Shown here: positions 55,807-64,000 of the stretch, piece by piece
How positions within the stretch are numbered: the stretch's first letter is position 1
Layout: each line of letters begins with the position of its first letter
Assembly: GCA_045539335.1 (NCBI GenBank)
Contig: JAZQFD010000007.1
Span: forward strand, 89,853 to 153,852
DNA length: 64,000 nucleotides
Source: Eubacteriales bacterium
Lineage (GTDB): Bacteria > Bacillota > Clostridia > Oscillospirales > QAKW01
Reading direction: 5' to 3'
Notes under the pieces: generated by a model
What the model saw: the letters and a program-made list of their open reading frames with translations, nothing else
Told to the model about the DNA's origin: nothing
The model's database searches: none
Made by a program: the position numbers and the translations under genes

Positions 55807-56952
55807 TTAAGAAAAATCGGACGGAATAAACCAACCGGGTGTTTCCGGGAACAGGCAATCTAATGTTGGTAATAAGGTGTTCTCAAATTTGGAAACGGTA
55901 AGCAGTATGTCTTCCAGAAAGGCATCAGTTTCCTGCTGATTTGTAGGTGCTTGATTGCTACAGCCAATTCTGTGATTAAAACCAACACCTTGATATGACA
56001 CACCTACTCCCAAATTGTAATGGGACGGTCCACTGTCTACATCAACATAGATCACATTTCCTTTTGCAGTACGCTTTTCCAGCGAATACACACCCCCGTT
56101 CCAAACAAGCTTGTAGGTATACCCATATTTCTTTGCAAGCTTCTTTAACGGTTTTGCTATGGAATAATTAGACTCAAAAGGATTTTGAGAAGAAGTGAAA
56201 GGAAGCCGATTCGCAAAAAAGTCGCGGCAATTTTGCAAAACTGGTTCGGCAGATTGATTAATTTCTTCAATGCGCTGTTTTTCTTCTTCGGATAGGTAGA
56301 TGGATAGAGAAGACGTTACTTTGATTTTGGGCAATAGTTTTTGCATTGCCTCATAATAAGGAGTTGCATCCATCACGATGCTATCGTGCAAAAGATCCAC
56401 AGACAGTTTTAGATAGTTTTCCGCGCAGGCATCTCTGTGTAGGGTGATACCGGAACCATAAGGCTGGCACTCCATATGTAATGTGGGATCAAAAGGTATT
56501 TTATCAGTCTTTGACATACGAAGTGCAACAGAATAATCACGCTCAAAACAAGTTCTTTTCCCGAAGAAATCAATGTCAAAATAGTATAGATTACTTTCAC
56601 AAAAACCATATCTTCGGTGTATCTTCTTCATAAGCGGCAAGAGGTTGCTTTCAGAGAAGTCGTCCGACCTGTCAATGTTACTCAACCATAGTTTGTCTGA
56701 CCGATTGTGCGATCTTCCGTTATGATACCGAATCTCGCCCAAAGAGGGACAATCTTTTAAAATTTTAGCGCAGCTGCTGCGAGGCAGTGCCTCGTCCTTA
56801 GTTTCGTTATAATCGAGAATATCCTCAAAGAAATACAGAAAGCGATGACTTGTAAGATAGTTTTCAGACAAAAAACGATGCACAATTTCCGGTAATTCTG
56901 AGAAAGGAATTTTCGTTTTGATATTGAAAATATAGTGTTGAACCAAACGCAT
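55807..56952 (-). CDS. hypothetical protein (381 aa), no family recognised
   Basis: I chose the start at MRLVQHYIFNIK (AAAGGAG RBS). A promoter at 57000-57028 lies inside the longer ORF-track version, which argues against the 57063 start. Confidence 0.6.
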   Translation of the reverse strand: MRLVQHYIFNIKTKIPFSELPEIVHRFLSENYLTSHRFLYFFEDILDYNETKDEALPRSSCAKILKDCPSLGEIRYHNGRSHNRSDKLWLSNIDRSDDFSESNLLPLMKKIHRRYGFCESNLYYFDIDFFGKRTCFERDYSVALRMSKTDKIPFDPTLHMECQPYGSGITLHRDACAENYLKLSVDLLHDSIVMDATPYYEAMQKLLPKIKVTSSLSIYLSEEEKQRIEEINQSAEPVLQNCRDFFANRLPFTSSQNPFESNYSIAKPLKKLAKKYGYTYKLVWNGGVYSLEKRTAKGNVIYVDVDSGPSHYNLGVGVSYQGVGFNHRIGCSNQAPTNQQETDAFLEDILLTVSKFENTLLPTLDCLFPETPGWFIPSDFS

Positions 56953-56999
56953 AACTTTTCTCCTTTTTGAGAGATATACGTGCCTATTTGTTAATTCTA

Positions 57000-57028
57000 T
57001 TATATATTGGTGTAAGCGATTTTTCAAC
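57000..57028 (-). promoter_or_regulatory. promoter of the orphan 381-aa ORF
   Basis: On the minus strand: TTGAAA, a 17-nt spacer, then TATAAT (consensus -10). Confidence 0.5.
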
Positions 57029-57245
57029 AGTCTGGTATAGGTTGTTCCATTTATAACAAGCAACGGATTTGCTGCAGCAATCCAGCTTGTCCGGGGGACA
57101 CCCCTGATGCCCTGCCCAAAATGATCTGAAAGAAACAGAGAAATTCATTCTAAAGCCCAAGAAGAGCAGGCAAACCGCCTGCTCATGCATAAGGGTAAAA
57201 AGAAATAGAGTGTCCATAACTGAAATCCGTTATGAACACTCGATA

Positions 57246-57329
57246 TGGTGCGGGCGACAGGACTTGAACCTGCACATCGGAGATACCAGATCCTAAATCT
57301 GGCGCGTCTGCCAATTCCGCCACGCCCGC
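57246..57329 (-). tRNA. tRNA-Leu (anticodon TAG), long variable arm, CCA encoded
   Basis: The reverse complement is GCGGGCGTGGCGGAATTGGCAGACGCGCCAGATTTAGGATCTGGTATCTCCGATGTGCAGGTTCAAGTCCTGTCGCCCGCACCA. The anticodon stem is ccaga/tctgg and the loop is tTTAGga. Confidence 0.88.
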
Positions 57330-57509
57330 ATTGCCATTATTCTATTTTTCTCGCGCCTTCAAGCTTAAACAAATTTTTAGTATGGAGTAACAAGACCTTT
57401 GCAACATCGATAAATCCATCGCAAACAAGTGTTTGCTCGGCATTTCTCGTGTTGATGCAGCTGCTAACCTGCGCCCTTTATCTGCCACAGGCAGCGGTCG
57501 CAGTCGCAA

Positions 57510-57533
57510 CTGCCAATTCCGCCACGCCCGCAT
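57510..57533 (-). repeat. duplicated 5' end of tRNA-Leu (truncated tRNA fragment)
   Basis: The 24-nt ctgccaattccgccacgcccgcat is identical to 57308-57331 (the tRNA 5' 22 nt plus 2 nt of leader). The homology stops after the D-loop. Confidence 0.6.
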
Positions 57534-57601
57534 ACCTGTTTATGGTATCACAACCTTGGGAAAAAATCAAGAAAAAACACAAGAATTCCAAACTTTCTTT
57601 A

Positions 57602-57630
57602 TTGATAAATATGGAATTCTATGGTACAAT
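57602..57630 (+). promoter_or_regulatory. promoter of the GH3 gene
   Basis: TTGATA, a 17-nt spacer, then TGgTACAAT (an extended -10). Confidence 0.5.
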
Positions 57631-57666
57631 CAATAAAAAACCTCAAATAAACAGGAGGAAATAGTT

Positions 57667-59826
57667 ATGTATAAGGAATTTGATGCCAAAGTCGATGCCA
57701 TCATGGCGAAAATGACCCTCCATGATAAGATCGGTCAGCTCAATCAGCCGGAGACCCCTCGTGCCCATACTGCCGAAGCCTTTAAGGAAATGGTGCGCCG
57801 TGGCGAGGTCGGCTCCATTCTGATGTCGGTGGGCGCCACCGCCGGTAATGACCCTCAGGGTGCCATCGATGTGGATTTTTATAATGAACTCCAGCGCATT
57901 GCCGTGGAGGAAAGTCCGGCGGGGATCCCCATTTTGTTTGGCCGTGATGTGATTCACGGTCATCGCACGGTCCTGCCGCTCCCCTTGGCATTGGCCGCTT
58001 CTTTTGAGCCGGAGCAGGTGGAGCGTTGCTATGCCGATGTGGCAAAGGAAGCCTCCAATGAGAGTGTTCATTGGACCTTTACTCCCATGCTGGATCTGGC
58101 CCGTGATCCCCGTTGGGGGCGCATTGTGGAAGGCCCCGGTGAAGATCCCTTTATTGGCCGGATGGTGGCCCGTGCAGTGGTCAAAGGCTTCCAAGGGGAT
58201 AATCCTGCCGAAAAAGATCGTATGCTGGCCTGCGCCAAGCACTTTTTAGGCTATGGTGCCGCCGAAGGCGGTCGGGACTATCATCGCACCGAAATCTCCG
58301 ATTATACCATTCAAAACTATTATCTTCCCGCCTTCCGTGAAGCGGTGGATGCAGGGGTTGCCACCTTTATGTCCTCCTTCAATGAGATCAGCGGTGTGCC
58401 GGTCAGCGGCAGTTATCACTATCTCACCGAGATCCTGCGAGATCAACTGGGCTTTGAAGGCTTTGTGGTTTCTGATTATGGCTGCGTGACCCAGCTGATG
58501 AAGCAGGGCGTTTGTGATAATGAAGGGGAGGCCTCCTCCATTGCCTTGGAGGCCGGTCTTGACATGGATATGTGGGATCAATGCTATCTCCGTGAATTGG
58601 AGGAGCAGGTCAAGAGCGGCCGCATCTCCGAAGAGGTGATCGATACCGCCGTTCGCCGCATTCTGCGGGTGAAATTGGCCAAGGGTCTTTTCGAGGATCC
58701 CTATTGCCATCCTCAACCCATCGATCGGAAGCCCCATTTGGAGCGTGCCCGCAAGCTGGCTGCCGACTCTATGGTATTGCTGAAAAATGAAAATAATCTC
58801 CTGCCCTTGAAAAAGGATCAGACCATTGCCTTGATCGGTCCCTTCTTGGATGAGCGCCGCACCCTTTTGGGTACCTGGACTATCGACGGAAAGGCCGATG
58901 AAACCACCACCATTCGGGAGGCCATGAAAGAAGCCATTGAGCCCTTTGGTGGTAAGGTGATGGCCACTTCCGGCGTCAGCCTGGGCAAGCATTTCCCCTG
59001 CCGCTATGCAGAAAGCGCTGATGCGGTGATTCTGACGGTAGGCGAAGGCTGGGCTTGGACCGGCGAGAATAAGGCGGTTTCTAATATTTCCATTCCCGAG
59101 GATCAGTTGGCCATGATCCGTAAGGTAAAGGCCACCGGTAAAAAGCTGATCGGTCTGTTCTTCTGCGGCCGTCCCATTGCCATGGAAGGAATCGGCGAAT
59201 ATTTCGATGCCATTCTTTACGCTTGGCATAGCGGTAGCGAAACGGCTCGTGCCGCTTGCGACATTTTGTTTGGCGATGTGGTTCCCTCTGCCAAACTTCC
59301 GGTGACCATGCCTCGTTTGGCCACCCATATTCCTATGTATTATAATGTGGCCTCCAGTGGTCGTCCCGTCAATTGCTACTACGGTGAAAACGCCGCCAAC
59401 TGCTATGTAGATAGTTATCCTACTCCATATTATCCCTTTGGTTACGGCTTGTCCTACACGAAATTTGAATACGGCGATATTAAGGTTGAAGCTCCGGAGA
59501 TCACGCTTGCTGATCTGAAAGAGGGCAAGACCTTCCGGCTCTCTCTTGAGGTCGCCAATGTGGGCGATTACGACGGGAAAGAGGTTGTGGAACTTTATAT
59601 TCACGATCCTGTTGCCAAAATGATGCGTCCCTTGCGGGAGTTGAAGGCCTACCGTAAGCCCTTGATCAAAAAAGGGGAGAAGGTATTGGTGGAATTTGAA
59701 CTGGGCTATGACGATTTGGGTTATTACTTGCCCGACGGCACTTATACCGTAGAGCCCGGCAAGATCGAAGTGTTTATCGGCGAGCATTGCCTCACCGACC
59801 GTATGACTGAGATCTTCATTAAATAA
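57667..59826 (+). CDS. glycoside hydrolase family 3 beta-glucosidase (BglX-like)
   Basis: 719 aa. Contains GRDVIHG, KHFLGYGAAEGGRDY and the nucleophile context GFVVSDYG, with a C-terminal Fn3-like domain. No signal peptide. Confidence 0.9.
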   Translation: MYKEFDAKVDAIMAKMTLHDKIGQLNQPETPRAHTAEAFKEMVRRGEVGSILMSVGATAGNDPQGAIDVDFYNELQRIAVEESPAGIPILFGRDVIHGHRTVLPLPLALAASFEPEQVERCYADVAKEASNESVHWTFTPMLDLARDPRWGRIVEGPGEDPFIGRMVARAVVKGFQGDNPAEKDRMLACAKHFLGYGAAEGGRDYHRTEISDYTIQNYYLPAFREAVDAGVATFMSSFNEISGVPVSGSYHYLTEILRDQLGFEGFVVSDYGCVTQLMKQGVCDNEGEASSIALEAGLDMDMWDQCYLRELEEQVKSGRISEEVIDTAVRRILRVKLAKGLFEDPYCHPQPIDRKPHLERARKLAADSMVLLKNENNLLPLKKDQTIALIGPFLDERRTLLGTWTIDGKADETTTIREAMKEAIEPFGGKVMATSGVSLGKHFPCRYAESADAVILTVGEGWAWTGENKAVSNISIPEDQLAMIRKVKATGKKLIGLFFCGRPIAMEGIGEYFDAILYAWHSGSETARAACDILFGDVVPSAKLPVTMPRLATHIPMYYNVASSGRPVNCYYGENAANCYVDSYPTPYYPFGYGLSYTKFEYGDIKVEAPEITLADLKEGKTFRLSLEVANVGDYDGKEVVELYIHDPVAKMMRPLRELKAYRKPLIKKGEKVLVEFELGYDDLGYYLPDGTYTVEPGKIEVFIGEHCLTDRMTEIFIK

Positions 59827-59828
59827 TA

Positions 59829-59858
59829 AAAAAGCACCCCGACGGGGGTGCTTTTTTA
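59829..59858 (+). terminator. intrinsic terminator of the GH3 gene
   Basis: aaaaagcacccc gac ggggtgctttttt. Confidence 0.8.
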
Positions 59859-59930
59859 TTACAATTTCGTCACATTCGTTGACGGTAATAAGCTTCTTTG
59901 TTATAATGAACCCGTGAAAGGAGTGTTCCT

Positions 59931-61160
59931 ATGGTTTTATTATTTTACATTCTCGGAGAACTTTTGCTTTTGGCGGCAGGAATTGTACTGCTGGCATTAA
60001 AAAAACTGCCCCATTTGGGCAGAGCCTTGATTATGCTGGCGGCGGCTAATGCTGCGCTGGTATTGCTGGTGGTGGTTGCCATTTTCCTTTGGAGCTCCGT
60101 TCATCAGAATTTTTATCTCACCATGTTTATGATATTGGAATTCTTGCTGCTGGGTCTTTTGGCTCTTTGCCTTTGGGGCGGCTTTAAAAAGAAAGCCTTG
60201 TCCATTCCCTTGTGTTCCCTGATTGCCGCTTGCCTTTTGGCTTCCGGTGGGTTTTACGCATATCAATCGGCCATCGATCGAATTCCGGTGGTAGGGGAGA
60301 GCCAAAATCTTTTGGAGCAGTATACACCTTTTTATGAAAGTAAGGTAGCCACCTTGGAGGAGCCTTCTGAATGGACCCTGACTGGCAATTTTAAAGAAAT
60401 GCCCAAACTGGATGGTGCCACCGCTCTTTACCCCATCTATTCTGCCTTTTTTAAAGCCACCTATGAGAATCAAGAGGAATCCTTTATTACCTGCTCCACC
60501 ACGACCGGTGCTTATGAGAGCATTGTGGATGGAAGCAGCGATATCATCTTTGTGGCAGGTCCTTCGGCAGAGCAGGAGCAATATGCCGCTGATCAAGGGG
60601 TGGAATTGGTGTATACCCCCATCGGTAAAGAGGCTTTTGTCTTTTTTGTCAACGGAAAGAATCCTCTGGAGGATATTTCGCTGGAACAGATTCGGAGTAT
60701 TTATTCCGGCGAGCTTACCGAATGGAAGGATTTGGGCGTTAAAGATCTCGGAAAGATTCGTGCCTTTCAGCGAGATGAAGGAAGCGGCTCTCAAAGTGCC
60801 TTAATCCGCATGATGGGAGATCTGCCTCTGATGGATCCGCCCAAGGAAAACGTGGTGGCCGGTATGGGTGGGATTATCGAAAAGGCTGCCGACTATCGCA
60901 ACTATAAAAATGCCATCGGCTATTCCTTTCGTTTTTATTCCACCGAGATGGTGAAAAATGATCAGATCAAATTGCTTTCGGTCAATGGCATTGCCCCCAC
61001 CGAGGAAAATGTGGCCAACGGTACCTATCCCATCGCCTCTTACTTTTATGCGGTGACCCGCAAGGATTGCAATGAAAACACCCAAAAACTGGTGGATTGG
61101 ATTCTCTCGGAGCAAGGGCAGGAATTGATTGCCAAAACCGGCTATACCCCCATAAAATAA
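59931..61160 (+). CDS. membrane-anchored PstS-like (PBP type 2) substrate-binding domain protein
   Basis: About 4 N-terminal TM segments, then LDGATALYPIYSAF, IIFVAGPS and GSGSQSAL strings typical of the phosphate-binding-protein fold. Confidence 0.65.
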   Translation: MVLLFYILGELLLLAAGIVLLALKKLPHLGRALIMLAAANAALVLLVVVAIFLWSSVHQNFYLTMFMILEFLLLGLLALCLWGGFKKKALSIPLCSLIAACLLASGGFYAYQSAIDRIPVVGESQNLLEQYTPFYESKVATLEEPSEWTLTGNFKEMPKLDGATALYPIYSAFFKATYENQEESFITCSTTTGAYESIVDGSSDIIFVAGPSAEQEQYAADQGVELVYTPIGKEAFVFFVNGKNPLEDISLEQIRSIYSGELTEWKDLGVKDLGKIRAFQRDEGSGSQSALIRMMGDLPLMDPPKENVVAGMGGIIEKAADYRNYKNAIGYSFRFYSTEMVKNDQIKLLSVNGIAPTEENVANGTYPIASYFYAVTRKDCNENTQKLVDWILSEQGQELIAKTGYTPIK

Positions 61161-61704
61161 AAAATGAAATGACCCTTAACCGTTGCATCTTTCACCTACA
61201 AGCGGTTAAGGGTCATTTCTGTTCACTCTTGATATCTAACATCGATGGATAACCTCTCTTTCTCGTGATTTCGCTTTCGCCTTCCCTTTCTTTGAAATTA
61301 TCCTTCTAAACACCATCTTAGTTTTACGTTTCTCCTAAGCGAGAATTACTTTTGTGCTTGGATTTTTCAATGGAAGACTGAAACAAAACCTTGACTCATT
61401 TTCTGATTGCTTTCAGCATTCGGTTTTCGGAATCGCTTAACCTTCTTTACGATTAAGCATCTATATAAATTTAACCTTCAACCTCTCACTTCTCGCATCA
61501 CAACCGATCCGCCGAAAAGCCTTTTGAAAAGAGTCGCTCTTAGTTGTACATGGGACTCACCTTTCTCCTTTCGTTCTTTGGTAACTCCTTTTCTTGTCTA
61601 TATAGTATCACAATTTTTATCAAAAAACAATCCATATTTTGCACAAAATAACCAAAAATTTCTTATGCAAAGGGGAGAAATTCCCTTGTTCTTGCATTTT
61701 TTTA

Positions 61705-61733
61705 TTGACATCAGCCATAGGGTTTGGTAAAAT
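61705..61733 (+). promoter_or_regulatory. orphan near-consensus promoter with no downstream ORF
   Basis: TTGACA, a 17-nt spacer, then TGgTAAAAT, with a T-rich UP-like tract upstream. Only about 55 nt separate it from the terminator at 61759-61796. Confidence 0.4.
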
Positions 61734-61758
61734 AAATTTGTTGAGTGTCAGCAAAAAA

Positions 61759-61796
61759 GAGCTGTAGAAAACGCATGTTTTCTACAGCTCCTTTTT
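61759..61796. terminator. bidirectional intrinsic terminator (DeoR gene / orphan transcript)
   Basis: Stem gagctgtagaaaac / gttttctacagctc flanked by an A-run and a T-run. Confidence 0.75.
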
Positions 61797-62493
61797 ATTG
61801 GTCGCAGATCAGATCGGTAAGTTCTTCCTTTTTGCAGATCACAAAGGCATATTCCGCCCCCAGCTTGGTGGAATCGCAAAGGCAGTATTGCTTTTTGGAT
61901 TGCTGGATCATGGTTAGCCGCATGGAGACCTCCTCCTCTGAGGCGTCGGTGAGTACTCCTTCATTGGAGAGCCCCTTGCAGGAGAAAAAGAGACTGTCGG
62001 CCTGCACCGTTTTTAAAAAACGCTCGGCAGAGGGACCTAAAAAGCAATCCCTTTGCTTATAGAATTCCCCGCCGGTGCAATAGACGGTGACTTCACTATC
62101 TTTCAATTCCTTGCAAATACGAAGATTATTGGTAATGATCTTTAAATTCTTGCGCTTTTTAATATGCTTGCACATCCGCCGAACGGTGGAGGAGGAATCG
62201 AAGAATACCGTGTCTCCGTCGTGGATCAGAGTTGCTGCTTCCAAAGCGATTTTTTCTTTTAGAGCATTGTTTGCACTCTCTCGTACCTCGGCGGGAACCA
62301 CCTGATTCTTATATTTTGAGAGTAAAACGCCGCCGTAAACCAACTGCACCAGCCCTGCCGCTTCTAAAGCGGCAAGATCCCGCCGCACCGTGGCTTCACT
62401 TGCATAGATGTTTTGAGCAAGCGCTTTCACTGTGGCGGAAGGATTCTTTTCTAAATATTGAAGCAGTAATTGCTGGCGTTCGTATTTCAGCAT
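61795..62493 (-). CDS. DeoR/GlpR family transcriptional regulator
   Basis: Starts at MLKYERQQLLLQYLEKNPSATVKALAQNIYASEATVRRDLAALE after an AAGGAG RBS. Has a DeoR C-terminal sensor domain. Confidence 0.88.
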   Translation of the reverse strand: MLKYERQQLLLQYLEKNPSATVKALAQNIYASEATVRRDLAALEAAGLVQLVYGGVLLSKYKNQVVPAEVRESANNALKEKIALEAATLIHDGDTVFFDSSSTVRRMCKHIKKRKNLKIITNNLRICKELKDSEVTVYCTGGEFYKQRDCFLGPSAERFLKTVQADSLFFSCKGLSNEGVLTDASEEEVSMRLTMIQQSKKQYCLCDSTKLGAEYAFVICKKEELTDLICDQ

Positions 62494-62622
62494 AGCGATC
62501 TCCTTGCAAAAGTTTGAAAATGTGTCAAAATCTCTGCCATTGCTTGACAAGGCATCCTCAAACATATTATAATACTTTTGCAAAATATTTCAATCTATTT
62601 CAAAGTTTTTCAGGAGGTTTTT

Positions 62623-63882
62623 ATGGACATCAAGAAGCTTGTGGAAGGCATTAAAGGTTGCGCTTGCGGCATGGATCATCTTTGCCCGGTGGATCATATT
62701 GAAATCGGGAGCGGCGTTTTGGCAAAGCTGCCTGCCGCTTGTGAGGCATTCAAAAGCATTCTGCTGGTGGCCGATCAGAATACCTATCGGGTTTGCGGCA
62801 AGGATGCAGAGGCTGTTTTGGGAGAGAAGATCACCGCCAAAATGCTCTTTGAGACCGGCGAGGATGTTTTGATCCCCGATGAGAAGGCGGTGGAGGCCAC
62901 GGAGGCCATGCTGCGGGAAGATACCGATCTCATTATCGGTGTGGGCTCCGGCGTTATTAATGACCTTTGCAAATATGTCAGCTTTAAGAATAATCTCCCT
63001 TATTATATCGTGGCAACGGCTCCTTCGATGGACGGTTATGTTTCGGTAGGCGCCGCCATGATTCTGGAGGGCATGAAGGAAACCGTCAGTGCCCGCCCGC
63101 CCAAGGGTCTTTTTGCCGAGAGCAAGGTGTTGGCCGAGGCTCCCATGCGGATGCTGCAGGCAGGCTACGGTGATATTGTTGGTAAGTATTCCTGCCTCAA
63201 CGACTGGAAGCTGGCCACCTTATTGAATAATGAATATTTCTGTCAGACCGTTTATGATCTGACCATGGATACTGTGAAAAAGGTGGAGCCTTTGGCAGAG
63301 GGTATTCTCCAAAGAGATGAGGAGTCTGTGGGCGCTTTGATGGAGGCGCTGGTGATTGTGGGCGTTGCCATGGCTTATGTGGGCAATTCCCGCCCCGCTT
63401 CCGGCTCGGAGCACCATCTGTCCCATTACTTTGAGATCACCGGTATTGTGTATGATACCCCCTATCTGCCCCATGGAATTGATGTGGTGTATTCCGCTGC
63501 CGTCACTGCTGCTCTGCGTGAGAAGGTGGTAAAGGCTGAGGCCAAGGCGGTTGCCTTTGATGAGAAGGATTGGGAAGAAAATATCCGCCGTGTGTACGGT
63601 TCCTCCGCCGAGGGCGTATTGAAGCTGCAGCGCAAGCTGAATTGGTATGAAAACCATAATGGCGAGGCGGTTTTTGCCAAAGAGGCCGAACTCAAAGCCC
63701 TTCTGGCAGAGGCTCCCACCGAAAAAGAGATGGTTGCCATTATCGAGAAAATCGGGCTGGATATGAAGGAATTCTATGATCTTTACGGCGCAAAGAAGGT
63801 CGAGGATGCCATCCTTTATGCCAAGGATCTGAAGGATCGTTATACGGTCCTTTGGACTTATAATCAATTTTTCAGAGGTTGA
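62623..63882 (+). CDS. iron-dependent alcohol dehydrogenase-fold enzyme, sn-glycerol-1-phosphate dehydrogenase (AraM/EgsA)-like
   Basis: Starts at MDIKKLVEG after an AGGAGG RBS. Contains GVGSGVINDLCKY, and the HHLSH His cluster is typical of the family. Confidence 0.65.
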   Translation: MDIKKLVEGIKGCACGMDHLCPVDHIEIGSGVLAKLPAACEAFKSILLVADQNTYRVCGKDAEAVLGEKITAKMLFETGEDVLIPDEKAVEATEAMLREDTDLIIGVGSGVINDLCKYVSFKNNLPYYIVATAPSMDGYVSVGAAMILEGMKETVSARPPKGLFAESKVLAEAPMRMLQAGYGDIVGKYSCLNDWKLATLLNNEYFCQTVYDLTMDTVKKVEPLAEGILQRDEESVGALMEALVIVGVAMAYVGNSRPASGSEHHLSHYFEITGIVYDTPYLPHGIDVVYSAAVTAALREKVVKAEAKAVAFDEKDWEENIRRVYGSSAEGVLKLQRKLNWYENHNGEAVFAKEAELKALLAEAPTEKEMVAIIEKIGLDMKEFYDLYGAKKVEDAILYAKDLKDRYTVLWTYNQFFRG

Positions 63883-63886
63883 TAAA

Positions 63887-64000
63887 ATGGATGTAACCAA
63901 AATTAAACTGGTGGCATTTGACCTGGACGGCACCCTTACCCAACATAAGACTCCGCTGAGCGATGAGCACCGTGCCGTATTGGAGCAGCTTTCCAAAAAG
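63887..64000 (+). CDS. HAD-superfamily hydrolase, N-terminal part (runs off the right edge)
   Basis: Hand translation MDVTKIKLVAFDLDGTLTQHKTPLSDEH... contains HAD motif I, DxDGT. Confidence 0.7.
   Translation, partial: MDVTKIKLVAFDLDGTLTQHKTPLSDEHRAVLEQLSKK

Larger units (their letters stand above)
55784..57256. mobile_element. about 1.45-kb inserted islet at the 3' end of tRNA-Leu (direct and inverted repeats, single orphan ORF)
   Basis: The 11-nt direct repeat tggtgcgggcg (55784-55794) equals the tRNA-Leu 3' end (57246-57256). A perfect 12-bp inverted repeat, gttcataacgga (55794-55805) and tccgttatgaac (57225-57236), bounds the ORF. The interior is visibly AT-richer. No transposase or integrase motif is recognised. 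Confidence 0.4.

Noticed and set aside
58246-59787. 513-aa minus-strand ORF antisense to the GH3 gene. Others of the same kind are 15957..17036, 22812..23702, 23786..24583, 25166..26203, 32577..33365, 34862..35767, 53073..53756, 53839..54792, 59997..60794 and 63220..63996.
   Set aside because: The same reasoning applies. Each is completely overlapped by a gene with clear family motifs on the other strand, and none has independent start signals.
61407-61730. 107-aa plus-strand ORF in the PstS-like/DeoR convergent gap.
   Set aside because: It has no RBS, its composition is not protein-like (Phe/Leu/Ser-rich from a pyrimidine-rich strand), and it runs through a promoter-like element. It is treated as non-coding.

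Overview
This is a 64-kb chromosomal window from a Firmicutes/Clostridia-like genome. That assignment is an inference from the scr(SRP RNA)-dnaX-ybaB-recR synteny, the GGAGG-type RBSs and the gene content. Most of the window is housekeeping: a type IIA topoisomerase B/A pair, guaB, gatCA, SRP RNA, dnaX-ybaB-recR, a phosphohexomutase, a MarR plus two ABC exporters, sufC/sufD-like genes, galE, and deoD-add. There is one large carbohydrate locus at 17-27.6 kb. It holds two AraC regulators, GH16, GH30, an enolase-superfamily dehydratase, an SDR, and an isomerase-aldolase-kinase-cupin module. A GH3 gene lies further on at 57.7 kb. The accessory part is 44.7-57.5 kb and is organised around two minus-strand tRNA genes, tRNA-Ala(GGC) at 49941-50016 and tRNA-Leu(UAG) at 57246-57329. 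Both tRNAs are flanked by partial or degenerate copies of themselves. They bracket patchy, visibly AT-richer cargo: a DUF2971-like gene, a P-loop kinase, gene fragments, and a 381-aa orphan ORF. No integrase or transposase is recognisable. Between the two tRNAs lies the most interesting gene, a 1211-aa tripartite protein at 50175-53810. It has a DUF4062-like N-terminus, a P-loop STAND NTPase core and a long helical/TPR-like C-terminus, the architecture of NLR-like/Avs-type immune sensors. No terminator is visible between it and deoD-add. All calls come from reading the ORF translations and the DNA by eye. Family names are recalled motif matches, not search results. No CRISPR array, rRNA or recognisable transposase was seen.
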